DNA of 45,184 bases, taken from NCBI GenBank assembly GCA_041611735.1, contig JBFIML010000036.1:1-45184 (forward strand), written 5' to 3'. A program made the position numbers and the translations under genes. This document shows positions 26,293 through 35,551 of this stretch, piece by piece; position 1 is the first letter of the stretch, and every line of letters starts with the position of its first letter. This stretch comes from Myxococcota bacterium (GTDB taxonomy: Bacteria; Myxococcota_A; UBA9160; PR03). The notes under the pieces are model-generated. The model made no database searches, was not told the DNA's origin, and saw only the letters and a program-made list of their open reading frames with translations.

Positions 26293-26993
26293 GGGTCCGA
26301 CCCAGGACTGGCGTGGGATGGCCCGCGCCGGGGCGCGGCGAGGCCGGTCAGCACGAGCTCCACGGCGTCGTCGAAGACGCGATCCAGGTCCTGGCGGCGC
26401 AGCTTGCGGCGCGGCGCGGCGTGCTCGGTCTGGATCAGTCCGTTGGCCAGGGTCCACAGGATGTTGGCCGCCTCCCAGGCATCGTGGTCTGGCGCGAAGA
26501 CGCCTTCGCGGATGCCGCGCTCGATCACGTTGGCGAGGAGCGTCAGGCACTGCTCCCACAGCTTCGTCACCTGATCCACCACGGCGGACGGCAGCTCGCC
26601 GATCACGGGCTCGTTCTCCAGCGCCCAGAAGATCTGGAAGTACTCGCGGTTCTGAATCCAGTGCTGGAAGTAGAAGCGCCCGGTGCGCCGCACCTGGTCC
26701 GCGGGCGAGAGCTCTGCAGCGAGCGTCTCGCGCATCTTCTGCTCGAAGATCTCCCCGTTGTCGGAGAGCACGGCCACGTAGAGCTCGGCCTTGTTGTCGA
26801 AGTAGCGGTAGAGCGTCCCCTTGGCGACACCCGCCTTGTGGGCCACCTCGTCCAGGTTGGCGGCCATGAAGCCGTCGCGGAAGAAGACCTCGCGCGCAGA
26901 ATCCAGGATGCGCCGGCGTTGCAGGGCCTTCTTCTCGGCGCGTCGCGGGCGCGCGGCGGCGGGAGCGGCCTCCTGACCCGCGCGCTCGCTCAT
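26289..26993 (-). CDS. TetR/AcrR family transcriptional regulator
   Basis: ILDSAREVFFRDGF...DEVAHKAGVAKGTLYRYFDNKAELY. ATGA overlap with the upstream gene. Confidence 0.93.
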   Translation of the reverse strand: MSERAGQEAAPAAARPRRAEKKALQRRRILDSAREVFFRDGFMAANLDEVAHKAGVAKGTLYRYFDNKAELYVAVLSDNGEIFEQKMRETLAAELSPADQVRRTGRFYFQHWIQNREYFQIFWALENEPVIGELPSAVVDQVTKLWEQCLTLLANVIERGIREGVFAPDHDAWEAANILWTLANGLIQTEHAAPRRKLRRQDLDRVFDDAVELVLTGLAAPRRGPSHASPGSDP

Positions 26994-27532
26994 CCACCGC
27001 CTCCCCCGGCGTGGGCCCGCGCCGTCTCCACGTAGGCGAGCGCCCGCGCCCGCTGCTCGCGGCGCTCCTCGGAGGACAAGGAGCGTGTCACGCGGGCCGG
27101 GACGCCCAGCGCCAGGGCGCCGTCCGGCACGCGGGTCCCCGGTGTCACCACCGAGCCCGCGCCCACCAGCGCCTCCGCACCGATCTCCGCGCCGTCCAGC
27201 ACGATGGCTCCGATCCCGATCAGGGCGCCGTCCCGGACCGTGCAGCCGTGCACCACGGCCCGGTGGCCCACGGTCACCTCGTCGCCGATCTGCGCCGGAT
27301 GGCGGCCGCCGGTGACGTGCACCACGCACAGGTCCTGGAGGTTGCTGCGCGCGCCGATCCGGATCCAGTGGACGTCGCCGCGCACCACGCTGCCGAACCA
27401 GACACTCGAGCCCGCCCCGATCTGCACGTCCCCGATCACCACCGAGCCCGGCGCCGTCCAGACGCTGGGATCCAGACGCGGCGACTGCCCCCGATAGGGC
27501 AGTACGAGCCCGCCCGGCTCGGCGTGCGCCAC
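26990..27532 (-). CDS. Gamma-carbonic-anhydrase family hexapeptide-repeat protein (YrdA-like)
   Basis: Motifs VIGDVQIG, VVRGDV, SNLQD and three His (VVHV, VGH, VHGC). Confidence 0.93.
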   Translation of the reverse strand: MAHAEPGGLVLPYRGQSPRLDPSVWTAPGSVVIGDVQIGAGSSVWFGSVVRGDVHWIRIGARSNLQDLCVVHVTGGRHPAQIGDEVTVGHRAVVHGCTVRDGALIGIGAIVLDGAEIGAEALVGAGSVVTPGTRVPDGALALGVPARVTRSLSSEERREQRARALAYVETARAHAGGGGG

Positions 27533-27545
27533 GCCCCGGGTGGCC

Positions 27546-28505
27546 TCAGGAGCCGACGTCGTCGCTCCCCTCGTAGCGGTACGGCGCGAAGAGGTCCGTG
27601 TTCAGGTAGCGCTCGCCGAAGCTCGGGATGATCACCACCACGAGCTTGCCTTCGTTCTGGGGGCGCCGGGCGTACTCCAGGGCGGCCTGCACGTTGGCGC
27701 CGGAGGAGATCCCGCACAGGAGGCCCTCCTCCTTGGCCAGCCGGCGGGCCATCTCGAACGAGTCTTCGTTGCTCACCGTGATCACGTGATCGAGCAGGTC
27801 CCGGGCCAGCACGTTGGGGATGAAGCCCGCCCCGATCCCCTGGATCTTGTGGGGGCCCGGGGAGCCGCCCGAGATCACCGGGCTCGCCGCGGGCTCCACG
27901 GCCACCGCCTCGAAGGAGGGCTTGCGCTTCTTGATCACCTGGGCGACGCCGGTGATGGTGCCCCCCGTGCCGACCCCGGCCACCAGGGCGTCCACCTTTC
28001 CGTCGGTGTCCTCCCAGATCTCCTCGGCGGTGGTCTGGCGGTGGATCTCGGGGTTGGCCGGGTTGTTGAACTGCTGGGGCATGAAGGCGTTCGGGATCTT
28101 CTCCACCAGCTGGTTGGCGCGCTCCACGGCGCCCTTCATTCCCTTGGCCCCTTCCGTCAGCACCAGCTTCGCGCCGAGGGCGCGCAGCACCACGCGCCGC
28201 TCGGGGCTCATGGTGTCGGGCATGGTGAGGACGCAGTCGTAGCCCTTCACGGCCGCGACGAAGGCCAGCGCGATGCCCGTGTTGCCGCTGGTGGGCTCCA
28301 CGATGACGGTCTTGCCGGACTGGATCAGGCCTTCGCGCTCGGCGGCCTCGATCATGGAGAGGCCGATGCGGTCCTTCACGCTGGCCGCCGGGTTCTGGCT
28401 CTCGAGCTTGGCCACGACCTCCGCATGGATGCCGCGCGTCACGCGGTTCAGACGCACCAGCGGGGTGCGGCCGATCAACTCGGTCACGTCACGGGCGATC
28501 TTCAT
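27546..28505 (-). CDS. cysK: Cysteine synthase A
   Basis: Motifs [47 protein letters not shown] and GERYL. GGAGG RBS. Confidence 0.96.
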   Translation of the reverse strand: MKIARDVTELIGRTPLVRLNRVTRGIHAEVVAKLESQNPAASVKDRIGLSMIEAAEREGLIQSGKTVIVEPTSGNTGIALAFVAAVKGYDCVLTMPDTMSPERRVVLRALGAKLVLTEGAKGMKGAVERANQLVEKIPNAFMPQQFNNPANPEIHRQTTAEEIWEDTDGKVDALVAGVGTGGTITGVAQVIKKRKPSFEAVAVEPAASPVISGGSPGPHKIQGIGAGFIPNVLARDLLDHVITVSNEDSFEMARRLAKEEGLLCGISSGANVQAALEYARRPQNEGKLVVVIIPSFGERYLNTDLFAPYRYEGSDDVGS

Positions 28506-29565
28506 GCGTTCCTCCAGCAGCACGGGCGAGGTCGCGAGGCCTAGGGTATCCCGACGCCCCCGGGGTGTCATCCGGCAAGGCGCCGAGCAACTCCTCGACG
28601 AGGACCGTGGCGTAGCTGCCCGAGGGCAGCGTAAAGCGCAGCCGGAGCCCGTTCTCGTGCGGTTCGACGCTCGCCTCCTCGGGCTGCACCCGCACGGGTC
28701 GCCGTGACCCGCGCAGCCGCACGCCGCGCGGAAGCCGCAGACGCGTCACGTCGGGGATGCCGAAGGCGCAGAGCACGTCGCGCTCGCGCTCCGCCACCGT
28801 CCCGCCCGGGGCCGGGGGGCGCGTGCCGAAGATGGGACCCGTGGCGCTCACCTCGAAGCGCCGGGCGCGCGGCTCCTCGCGCTCCGGCGCGTCCACCAGG
28901 AACAGCCCGCCCGATGCGTGGACCACCGCCAGGTCGCCCGCCTCCAGGCGGTCGAGGGCCAGGGGGCGGCGGGACAGCACCTCGTTGAAGACGGCGGCCT
29001 GCAGGGCCGAGAGCAGGAAGCGCGCCTCGCGGCGGTCGCGCAGGAGGGCCGCTCCGGCCAGCAGCGCCCGGGCCCGCTCCACGTTGTCCCCGTCGCGCCC
29101 GAAGCGCTGGGGACCGAAGCGGTTGGGCAGGCCGACCCGGGCCAGCTCCTCGAGCCGCAGCCGCGCGCGGGCCGCCGCCTGCGGGTCCACGTCGCGCACC
29201 TGGATCGCGAAGCGGTTGGCCCGCAGCTGGCCGGTGCGCAGCTTGTGGCGATGCCGGGTCGCCTCGAGGACGCGCGCCCCGTCCAGGGCGAGGCTTCGGG
29301 CGCGGTCGGGTGGGAGGCCGGGCACCGAGAACCACTGGCGGGCCACCGCCCGCCGGTCCTTGCGGCCCGCGTAGCCCACCGCCCCCGACGCCACGCCCGC
29401 CGCGCGGGCCAGCTGGCGCGCCACGGCCTCGGTGGTGCGGTCGCGCTTCTCCACGTGCACGAAGGTGTGCTCCCCGGAGCCGCAGGGCGCGTACAGCGGG
29501 ATCTCCTCCACCACGAAGTCCTCGGGCTCGACGCGCAGGCGCGGCGTCCGGGGCTCGACTACCAC
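28489..29565 (-). CDS. truD: tRNA pseudouridine(13) synthase
   Basis: Motifs [36 protein letters not shown] and [10 protein letters not shown]. Confidence 0.93.
   Translation of the reverse strand: MVVEPRTPRLRVEPEDFVVEEIPLYAPCGSGEHTFVHVEKRDRTTEAVARQLARAAGVASGAVGYAGRKDRRAVARQWFSVPGLPPDRARSLALDGARVLEATRHRHKLRTGQLRANRFAIQVRDVDPQAAARARLRLEELARVGLPNRFGPQRFGRDGDNVERARALLAGAALLRDRREARFLLSALQAAVFNEVLSRRPLALDRLEAGDLAVVHASGGLFLVDAPEREEPRARRFEVSATGPIFGTRPPAPGGTVAERERDVLCAFGIPDVTRLRLPRGVRLRGSRRPVRVQPEEASVEPHENGLRLRFTLPSGSYATVLVEELLGALPDDTPGASGYPRPRDLARAAGGTHEDRP
28543..28571 (-). promoter_or_regulatory. Putative cysK promoter inside the truD 3' tail
   Basis: Minus strand ATGACA-N17-TACCCT, 38 nt before the cysK ATG. 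Confidence 0.45.
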
Positions 29566-30347
29566 AGCGGAAGCTGGCTCACGGGCTGGAAGGAGCGCCG
29601 GTGCACGGGGCTCGGCCCGAGGCGGCGCAGGGCGTCCAGGTGCTCGCGGGTGGCGTAGCCCATGTGGTGGGCGAATCCGTAGCCCGGGTGCTCGGCGTCC
29701 AGGCGGCGCATGATGGCGTCGCGATGGACCTTGGCCACGATGGAGGCGGCGGCGATCGAGCCGTCCCGGGCGTCACCCTGCACGAAGGCGGTCTGGGGCA
29801 CGGCCAGGGCGGGGATGGTGCGCGCGTCCACCAGCACGTGATCGGGCGGCGGGTCCACGGCCACCACCGCGCGCCGCATGGCCTCGAGGCTGGCGTGGTA
29901 GACGTTGAGCCGCTCGATGTCCCGGGGCCAGACCTCCGCCACCGAGACGGCGAGCGCCTGCCGTCGGATGGCCGCGGCGAGCCGCTCGCGGGCCTCGCGT
30001 CCCAGACGCTTCGAGTCGTCGAGCCCGCGCAGATCGACCCGGTCCGGCAGCACCACGGCCGCCGCCACCACCGGGCCGGCCAGCGGGCCCACGCCCACCT
30101 CGTCCACACCCGCCACGCGCCCGGCGCCGGCGCGGCGCAGACGCCGGCGGCGGGCGAAGAGCCGGGCGAGCCGCCGCCGTTCGGCCCGGGTGGCGGCGAG
30201 GCGCCGCTCCAGGACCTCGGCCAGGCGCGCGGCGCCGCGGCGTCCGTCGGCGTGCAGGGCGGCCAGCAGGCGGGCCAGCTCGCGCGCGCCCTGGGCCGCC
30301 CGCGCGCGACGCGCGAGCTCCCGGAGCGGAAGCTCCCGCAGGTCCAC
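29559..30347 (-). CDS. rnhB: Ribonuclease HII
   Basis: Motifs AGVDEVGVGPLAGPV, DDSKRL, VLVDA, IAAASIVAKV, GYAT and HRRSF. Confidence 0.96.
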   Translation of the reverse strand: MDLRELPLRELARRARAAQGARELARLLAALHADGRRGAARLAEVLERRLAATRAERRRLARLFARRRRLRRAGAGRVAGVDEVGVGPLAGPVVAAAVVLPDRVDLRGLDDSKRLGREARERLAAAIRRQALAVSVAEVWPRDIERLNVYHASLEAMRRAVVAVDPPPDHVLVDARTIPALAVPQTAFVQGDARDGSIAAASIVAKVHRDAIMRRLDAEHPGYGFAHHMGYATREHLDALRRLGPSPVHRRSFQPVSQLPLW

Positions 30348-31400
30348 TCAGGACCCCCGGTCGGACTCGTCGCCCCCGCGCGGACCGAGCCGCCGCTCCA
30401 GGGCGCGCAGCCGGCGCAGGGCGTCGGGGAGACGGCGAAGCGCGGCGATGCTGCGGTGCCAGGCGCGCTCCTCCATGGACGGGAAGCCCCAGACGCGCGC
30501 GCCGGGCGCCACGTCCTTGGTGACCCCCGCCCGGCCTCCCACGAAGGCGCCCGCGCCGATCTCCAGGTGCCCGGCGCTCCCCATCTGCGCCATCAGCAAG
30601 GCGCGCCGGCCCACCTGCGTGCCGCCCGCCAGCCCCGCCTGGGCCACCACGATGACGTGCTCCGCAAGGCGGCAGTTGTGGGCGATCATCACCAGGTTGT
30701 CGATCTTGCTGCCGCGCCCGATGCGCGTCTCGCCGAGGGTGGCCCGGTCCACGGTGGTGTTGGCGCCGATCTCGACGTCGTCCTCCACCACCACGCGCCC
30801 GACCTGCGGGATCTTGACGGGCTCGCCCTGCTCGCCGAAGGCGTAGCCGAAGCCGTCGCCCCCGAGCACGACGCCGGGCTGCAGGAGGACGCGGTCGCCG
30901 AGCTGCGTGCCCTCGCGCAGCACGACCCCCGCGTGCAGGGTGCAGTCGGCGCCGACCCGCACGTCCGGGTACAGCACCACCCCGGGCTGCAGCGCACTGC
31001 GGGCCCCGACCCGCGCGCGCGCGCCGATCACCACCTGGGCCCCGACCCAGGCGCTCGGGTCCACCTGCGCGTCGGGCGCCACCACGGCGCTCGGGTGGAC
31101 GCCCGCGGCGGGCGCCTCCGCCGGGACGATCCAGGCCACCGCCCGCGCGAAGTCCAGGTCCGGGCTCGGAGAGCGGATCACGGGCCGGCGGCCCGCCTCG
31201 ACGCCCGGGGGCACGATGGCGGCCCCGGCCGCGCTGCGGGCCCAGTGCGCCGCGTAGCCCTCCGAACGCACGAAGACCAGGTCCTCGGGGCCCGCCGCGT
31301 CGAGGGGCGCCACCCCGCGCACCACGAACTCCGCGTCGCCCTCGACGCTCCGGCCCAGGTGCACCGCCAGGTCGCCGAGCCGGGTCGGCCGGCGCGTCAC
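30348..31400 (-). CDS. lpxD: UDP-3-O-acyl-glucosamine N-acyltransferase
   Basis: Hexapeptide repeats plus GGDGFGY, KIPQVGRV, EIGANTTVDRAT and KIDNLVMIAHN. Confidence 0.94.
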   Translation of the reverse strand: MTRRPTRLGDLAVHLGRSVEGDAEFVVRGVAPLDAAGPEDLVFVRSEGYAAHWARSAAGAAIVPPGVEAGRRPVIRSPSPDLDFARAVAWIVPAEAPAAGVHPSAVVAPDAQVDPSAWVGAQVVIGARARVGARSALQPGVVLYPDVRVGADCTLHAGVVLREGTQLGDRVLLQPGVVLGGDGFGYAFGEQGEPVKIPQVGRVVVEDDVEIGANTTVDRATLGETRIGRGSKIDNLVMIAHNCRLAEHVIVVAQAGLAGGTQVGRRALLMAQMGSAGHLEIGAGAFVGGRAGVTKDVAPGARVWGFPSMEERAWHRSIAALRRLPDALRRLRALERRLGPRGGDESDRGS

Positions 31401-31404
31401 GGAG

Positions 31405-32226
31405 TCAGCGTGCGAGGAGCACGGCGATGGGCGAGGTGCGAACCACCGCCGCCGAGTTGCTGCCCAGGAAGTATTCGTGGATGCGGCTGCGGCCGAAGGC
31501 GCCCATCACGATCATGCCCGCGCCCACCTCGCGTCCCGCGTCCACGATCTTGGCGTCGGGCCGCCCCAGCGTGGACGCGGACTCCCGGATCGGCACCTGG
31601 AGGTTCCCCAGCAGGCGACGCACCTCGTCGAAGCGCGCCGCCGAGCGGCCCTTGTCCTTGGAGTCCACGAAGACGTGGATCGCCTCGCCGAGGCGGTCGG
31701 CCAGCTCCACGGCGAGCCGCGCCGCGATGCGCGAGCCCGGCGAGCCATCGAAGGCGAGCAGCAGCGGCCCGGCCAGCTCCGCTCCGCTCGGCACCACCAG
31801 GGTGGGCTTGGCCGTCTTGCGCAACACCCCGTCCACGGTGGAGCCGATCAGGGCGGTCCGGTAGGCGGCGTGCTCGCCGTCGCGCCCCAGCACGATCAGA
31901 TCGACGCGCTGCCCTCGCTCCACCACGCGGTCGTCGGCGACGCCCTGCACGCTCTCGCAGACGGCCTCCACCCCCTGGGAGCGGGCCCGCTCGGACAGCC
32001 GCCGGCAGGCGGCCTCGGCGCGCGCCTTGAGGAAGCCCTCGATGCCCTCCACCGGCGGCGGCGACACGTCGAGGCCCTCGGCCCGCAGGCCGCGCGCCCA
32101 GCGCTCCTCCACCACCGAGATGCCCTGCAGACGCGCGCCGATGCGCGCGGTCAGGGCCACCGCGTAGCGCTCCGCAGAGGCCGCGGCCTCGGAACCGTCC
32201 GTCGCGATCAGGACCGTCTCGATCAT
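31405..32226 (-). CDS. Universal stress protein (tandem USP domains)
   Basis: VLIATDGS...LIGSTVDGVL and LLAFDGS...MIVMGAFG..FLGS. Confidence 0.92.
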   Translation of the reverse strand: MIETVLIATDGSEAAASAERYAVALTARIGARLQGISVVEERWARGLRAEGLDVSPPPVEGIEGFLKARAEAACRRLSERARSQGVEAVCESVQGVADDRVVERGQRVDLIVLGRDGEHAAYRTALIGSTVDGVLRKTAKPTLVVPSGAELAGPLLLAFDGSPGSRIAARLAVELADRLGEAIHVFVDSKDKGRSAARFDEVRRLLGNLQVPIRESASTLGRPDAKIVDAGREVGAGMIVMGAFGRSRIHEYFLGSNSAAVVRTSPIAVLLAR

Positions 32227-32269
32227 TTGAGTCCCCGCGTTGCCGTGCGCCGGCGCGCCGATGCCGTCT

Positions 32270-33802
32270 TCACGACAGCCAGCGACCCAGCGGTCCTCCC
32301 CAGACGAAGCGCATCAGGCGTCGCAGGCGCCGCGTCTTGCGGGAGTCGTAGGGGTACCAGATCGGCTCCGCCTTGGAGCCGAAGCGATCCACCACGATCG
32401 ACTGCACCCGGCACTGGGCCTTGAGGCCGAGCTCGCCGTTCACCCGGCCCCAGCCGCTCTCCTTCACCCCCCCGAAGGGCGACTCGGGAATGCCGTAGGT
32501 GATCATGCAGTCGTTCACGACCACGCAGCCGGACTCGAGCGCCTTGGCGAGTCGCAGTCCCTTGCGCTTGTCGCGGGTCCACACGTTCGCGTTCAGCCCG
32601 TAGCGGGAGTCGTTGGCCAGACGCAGCGCCTCCTCCTCGTCCCGCACGCGCACGATCGGCATGACGGGCCCGAAGGTCTCCTCGCGCATGACGAGCATAT
32701 CCTGGGTCACATCCACCAGCACCGTCGGCTCGAAGAAGAGGCCCGGGTAGTTCGGGTTGCGGCGCCCGCCGGCCAGCACGCGGGCGCCCTTGGCGCGCGC
32801 GTCCTCCAGGTGCCGCTCGATCACCTCCAGCTGGTTGGGCCAGGTGATCGGCCCGACGTCGATCTCGCCGCCCACGCCCTGGCGCAGCTCGGCCGTCTTC
32901 TCCACGACCCGCGCGATGAAGCGATCCGCGATCTCGTCCATCACGTAGACGCGCTCCGTGGAGACGCAGACCTGGCCCGCGTTGGCGAACGCCCCGTAGA
33001 CGGCGCCGTTGGCGGCGCGCTCCAGGTCGGCGTCGGCGCACACGATCATCGGATCCTTGCCCCCGAGCTCCAGGGTGCAGGGCACGAGCTGGCGCGCGCA
33101 CGCCTCGGCCACGCGGCGGCCGGTGCGCACGCTGCCGGTGAAGGAGACCTTGTCCACTCCGGCCTCGACGAGCGCCGCGCCGGTCTCCCCGTCCCCGGTC
33201 AGGCAGCTGAACACGCCTTCGGGCAGACCCACCGCCTGGAACAGCTCCTCCACCAGCCGCCCGGAGAAGGGCGTCACCTCCGAGGGCTTCAGGATCACCG
33301 CGTTGCCGGCCACGAGGGCCTGCACCGTCGGGTTGAGGGCCAGCAGGAAGGGGAAGTTCCAGGGCGTGATGATGCCCACCACGCCGTGCGGGTGGTAGGA
33401 GATGCGCAGCTTCTTGGTCTTCATCAGGTGCAGCGGCACCACGCGGTCGGCCAGGGTGCGCCGCGCGCGCTTTGCGTAGAACTCGAGGGCGTCGCAGGCC
33501 GGGATCAGCTCGGCGCTCAGCGCCTCGACGGTGGGCTTGCCCGTGTCCCGGGAGATCGTGGCCACGAACTCGTCCTGGCGCTCCAGCAGCACCTGCACGG
33601 CCCGCCGCAGGTAGCGGCCGCGTCCGTCGAAGCCGAGCTGCGCCCAGCCCGGCTGGGCCTTGCGCGCACGCTCCACGGCGGCGCGCGCATCGTCGCCGCT
33701 GTGCACCTCGATCTCGCCGATGGGCTCGAGCGTCGCCGGACTCTTCAGGCGCAGGCGGCGGCGCGCGCCCGGCTCCTGGGGCAGAGGTTCGACGACCGCC
33801 AT
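32270..33802 (-). CDS. Aldehyde dehydrogenase family protein
   Basis: Motifs PWNFP, LKPSE, FTGS, ELGGKDP, GQVC and EETFGP. AGGGAGG RBS before ATG 33802. Confidence 0.95.
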   Translation of the reverse strand: MAVVEPLPQEPGARRRLRLKSPATLEPIGEIEVHSGDDARAAVERARKAQPGWAQLGFDGRGRYLRRAVQVLLERQDEFVATISRDTGKPTVEALSAELIPACDALEFYAKRARRTLADRVVPLHLMKTKKLRISYHPHGVVGIITPWNFPFLLALNPTVQALVAGNAVILKPSEVTPFSGRLVEELFQAVGLPEGVFSCLTGDGETGAALVEAGVDKVSFTGSVRTGRRVAEACARQLVPCTLELGGKDPMIVCADADLERAANGAVYGAFANAGQVCVSTERVYVMDEIADRFIARVVEKTAELRQGVGGEIDVGPITWPNQLEVIERHLEDARAKGARVLAGGRRNPNYPGLFFEPTVLVDVTQDMLVMREETFGPVMPIVRVRDEEEALRLANDSRYGLNANVWTRDKRKGLRLAKALESGCVVVNDCMITYGIPESPFGGVKESGWGRVNGELGLKAQCRVQSIVVDRFGSKAEPIWYPYDSRKTRRLRRLMRFVWGGPLGRWLS

Positions 33803-33829
33803 CCGTTCCTCCCTGCTGGGACGCCCGCG

Positions 33830-33859
33830 AGAGTACGAGACCCCCGCGGGACATGTCAA
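33830..33859 (-). promoter_or_regulatory. Putative sigma70 promoter for ALDH
   Basis: Minus strand TTGACA-N18-TACTCT. Confidence 0.55.
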
Positions 33860-33932
33860 TCGGACTCCGCCCGCTTATCCGACGGGGAAGCAGCGCTTGC
33901 GGGCCCGGGCGGAGGATGCGAAAGGAGGAGCC

Positions 33933-35006
33933 GTGGCCGCCCAGCTCCCCCTCTTCCAGCGCTTCCCGGCCCTGGCCTCCCTGCCGCGCCACCCCTTCGT
34001 GGAGGGGCCGACCCCCGTGGAGCCCCTGGTTCTGGACGGCCTCCCGGAGGGCAGCCTCTGGGTCAAGCGCGACGACCGCTCCTGTCCCCTCTACGGCGGC
34101 AACAAGCCGCGCAAGCTCGAGTTCGTGATCGGCGCGGCCTGCGCCCGCGGCGCCCGGCGCCTGGTCACCACCGGCGCCCTGGGGACGCACCATGGGCTGG
34201 CGACCACCATCCTGGCCGCCCGGGCCGGACTCGCCACGACCCTCGTCCTGGTGGACCAGCCGGTGGATGCCCACGTGCGCGAGCAGCTCCTGCTGATGGC
34301 CGCCCACGGCGCCGAGATCGTGCACGGCCGCAACGTGGCAGGGACGGCCCTCCAGGTCTCGCGGGTGATGGCCCGGGCGACCCTGCGCGGCGAGCGTCCG
34401 GAGCTCGTGGCCGTGGGCGGGTCGTCGCCGCTGGGCAACGTGGGCTTCGTGGCGGCGGCCTTCGAGCTGGCGGAGCAGGTGGCGACGGGCGCGCTGCCCG
34501 AGCCCCGGGAGCTCTACGTCCCGGTGGGAAGCGGCGGCACCCTGGCCGGGCTGGTGCTGGGCGGAAAGCTGCTGGGCTGGAGGCTGCGCCCGGTGGGCGT
34601 CCTGGTCACCGACATCCTGCCGCCCTCCCCGCGCCGACTCGCCCGCCTGGCGCAGGCCACCTGGCGGCGCATGCGGGCGGCGGATGCCGCGCTGCCCGAG
34701 GTGGCCCTGGGCCCCGAGGACTTCTGCGTGGCAACCAGCCAGCTCGGTGCGGGCTATGGCCGGCCCACGCCGGCGGCGCGCGCCGCGGCGGCACGGGCCG
34801 CGGCGGCGGGGCTCGCCCTGGAGACCACTTACAGCGCCAAGTGCCTGGCCGAGGTGCTGGCGCGGTTGGAGGCGGGCGTGGGCTCGCAGCCGTGCCTGTT
34901 CTGGAACACCTTCAACGGGGTGGACCTCTCGGCCGGCCTGCCGGCGGCGGTACCCGAATCCCTGCCCCGTTCGATCCGCGAGCTGCTCGCGGCCGGCTCG
35001 CCGTGA
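33933..35006 (+). CDS. PLP enzyme, D-cysteine desulfhydrase/ACC deaminase family
   Basis: Motifs PTPV, WVKRDD, YGGNKPRKLEF, VGSGGTLAGL and LETTYSAK. AAAGGAGG RBS. Confidence 0.88.
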   Translation: MAAQLPLFQRFPALASLPRHPFVEGPTPVEPLVLDGLPEGSLWVKRDDRSCPLYGGNKPRKLEFVIGAACARGARRLVTTGALGTHHGLATTILAARAGLATTLVLVDQPVDAHVREQLLLMAAHGAEIVHGRNVAGTALQVSRVMARATLRGERPELVAVGGSSPLGNVGFVAAAFELAEQVATGALPEPRELYVPVGSGGTLAGLVLGGKLLGWRLRPVGVLVTDILPPSPRRLARLAQATWRRMRAADAALPEVALGPEDFCVATSQLGAGYGRPTPAARAAAARAAAAGLALETTYSAKCLAEVLARLEAGVGSQPCLFWNTFNGVDLSAGLPAAVPESLPRSIRELLAAGSP

Positions 35007-35551
35007 CGTCGCCGGTCCCCGGTCCGCGCACCACGCGCCGGGCGTTCCTGCGCCTGGCCGGGGCGAGCGTCGCCTTCGCCGGCCTGGCCAATCTGCGCGC
35101 GCTGCCGGCCCAGGCGCTCGAGTCCCACGCCGCGGGCGAGCGCTTCTTCGCGGCCGACGACGCCGAGCGTCTCGCCGCCGTCGCCGAGCGCCTGGTGGCC
35201 ACCGGCGATCCCGGCATGCCGGCCTTCCGTGACACGCGCGCCCTCCGGACGATCGACGCCCTGTGCGCGCGGCTCGACCCGGCGCTGACGGGGCCCCTGC
35301 CGCTCCTGCTCCGGCTCGTGGAGTGGGGGCCGCTGCTGTTCGACTGGCGCCTGGCACGCTTCTCGCGGCTCGACGCTGCCGGCCAGGACGCGCACCTGGA
35401 GGGCTGGATGCGCAGCCGCTTCCACTGGCGGCGCCTGGGCTTCCTGGCGCTGCGCAACCTGGCCCTGCTCGGCTACTACAGCCAGCAGGAGACCTGGCCG
35501 GGGATCGGCTATCGCGGGCCACTGCTGGCGGGCCCGGGGAGGGCCCCGTGA
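35003..35551 (+). CDS. Tat-signal small subunit (gluconate 2-dehydrogenase subunit 3-like)
   Basis: Twin-arginine TTRRAFLR, FSRLDAAGQDAHLEGW and GYYSQQETWPGIGY. GTGA overlaps at both ends. Confidence 0.78.
   Translation: MTSPVPGPRTTRRAFLRLAGASVAFAGLANLRALPAQALESHAAGERFFAADDAERLAAVAERLVATGDPGMPAFRDTRALRTIDALCARLDPALTGPLPLLLRLVEWGPLLFDWRLARFSRLDAAGQDAHLEGWMRSRFHWRRLGFLALRNLALLGYYSQQETWPGIGYRGPLLAGPGRAP

Noticed and set aside
33933..35006. ACC deaminase (acdS) assignment
   Set aside because: The diagnostic Glu (YEGK) and Leu (HLGG) positions are replaced.
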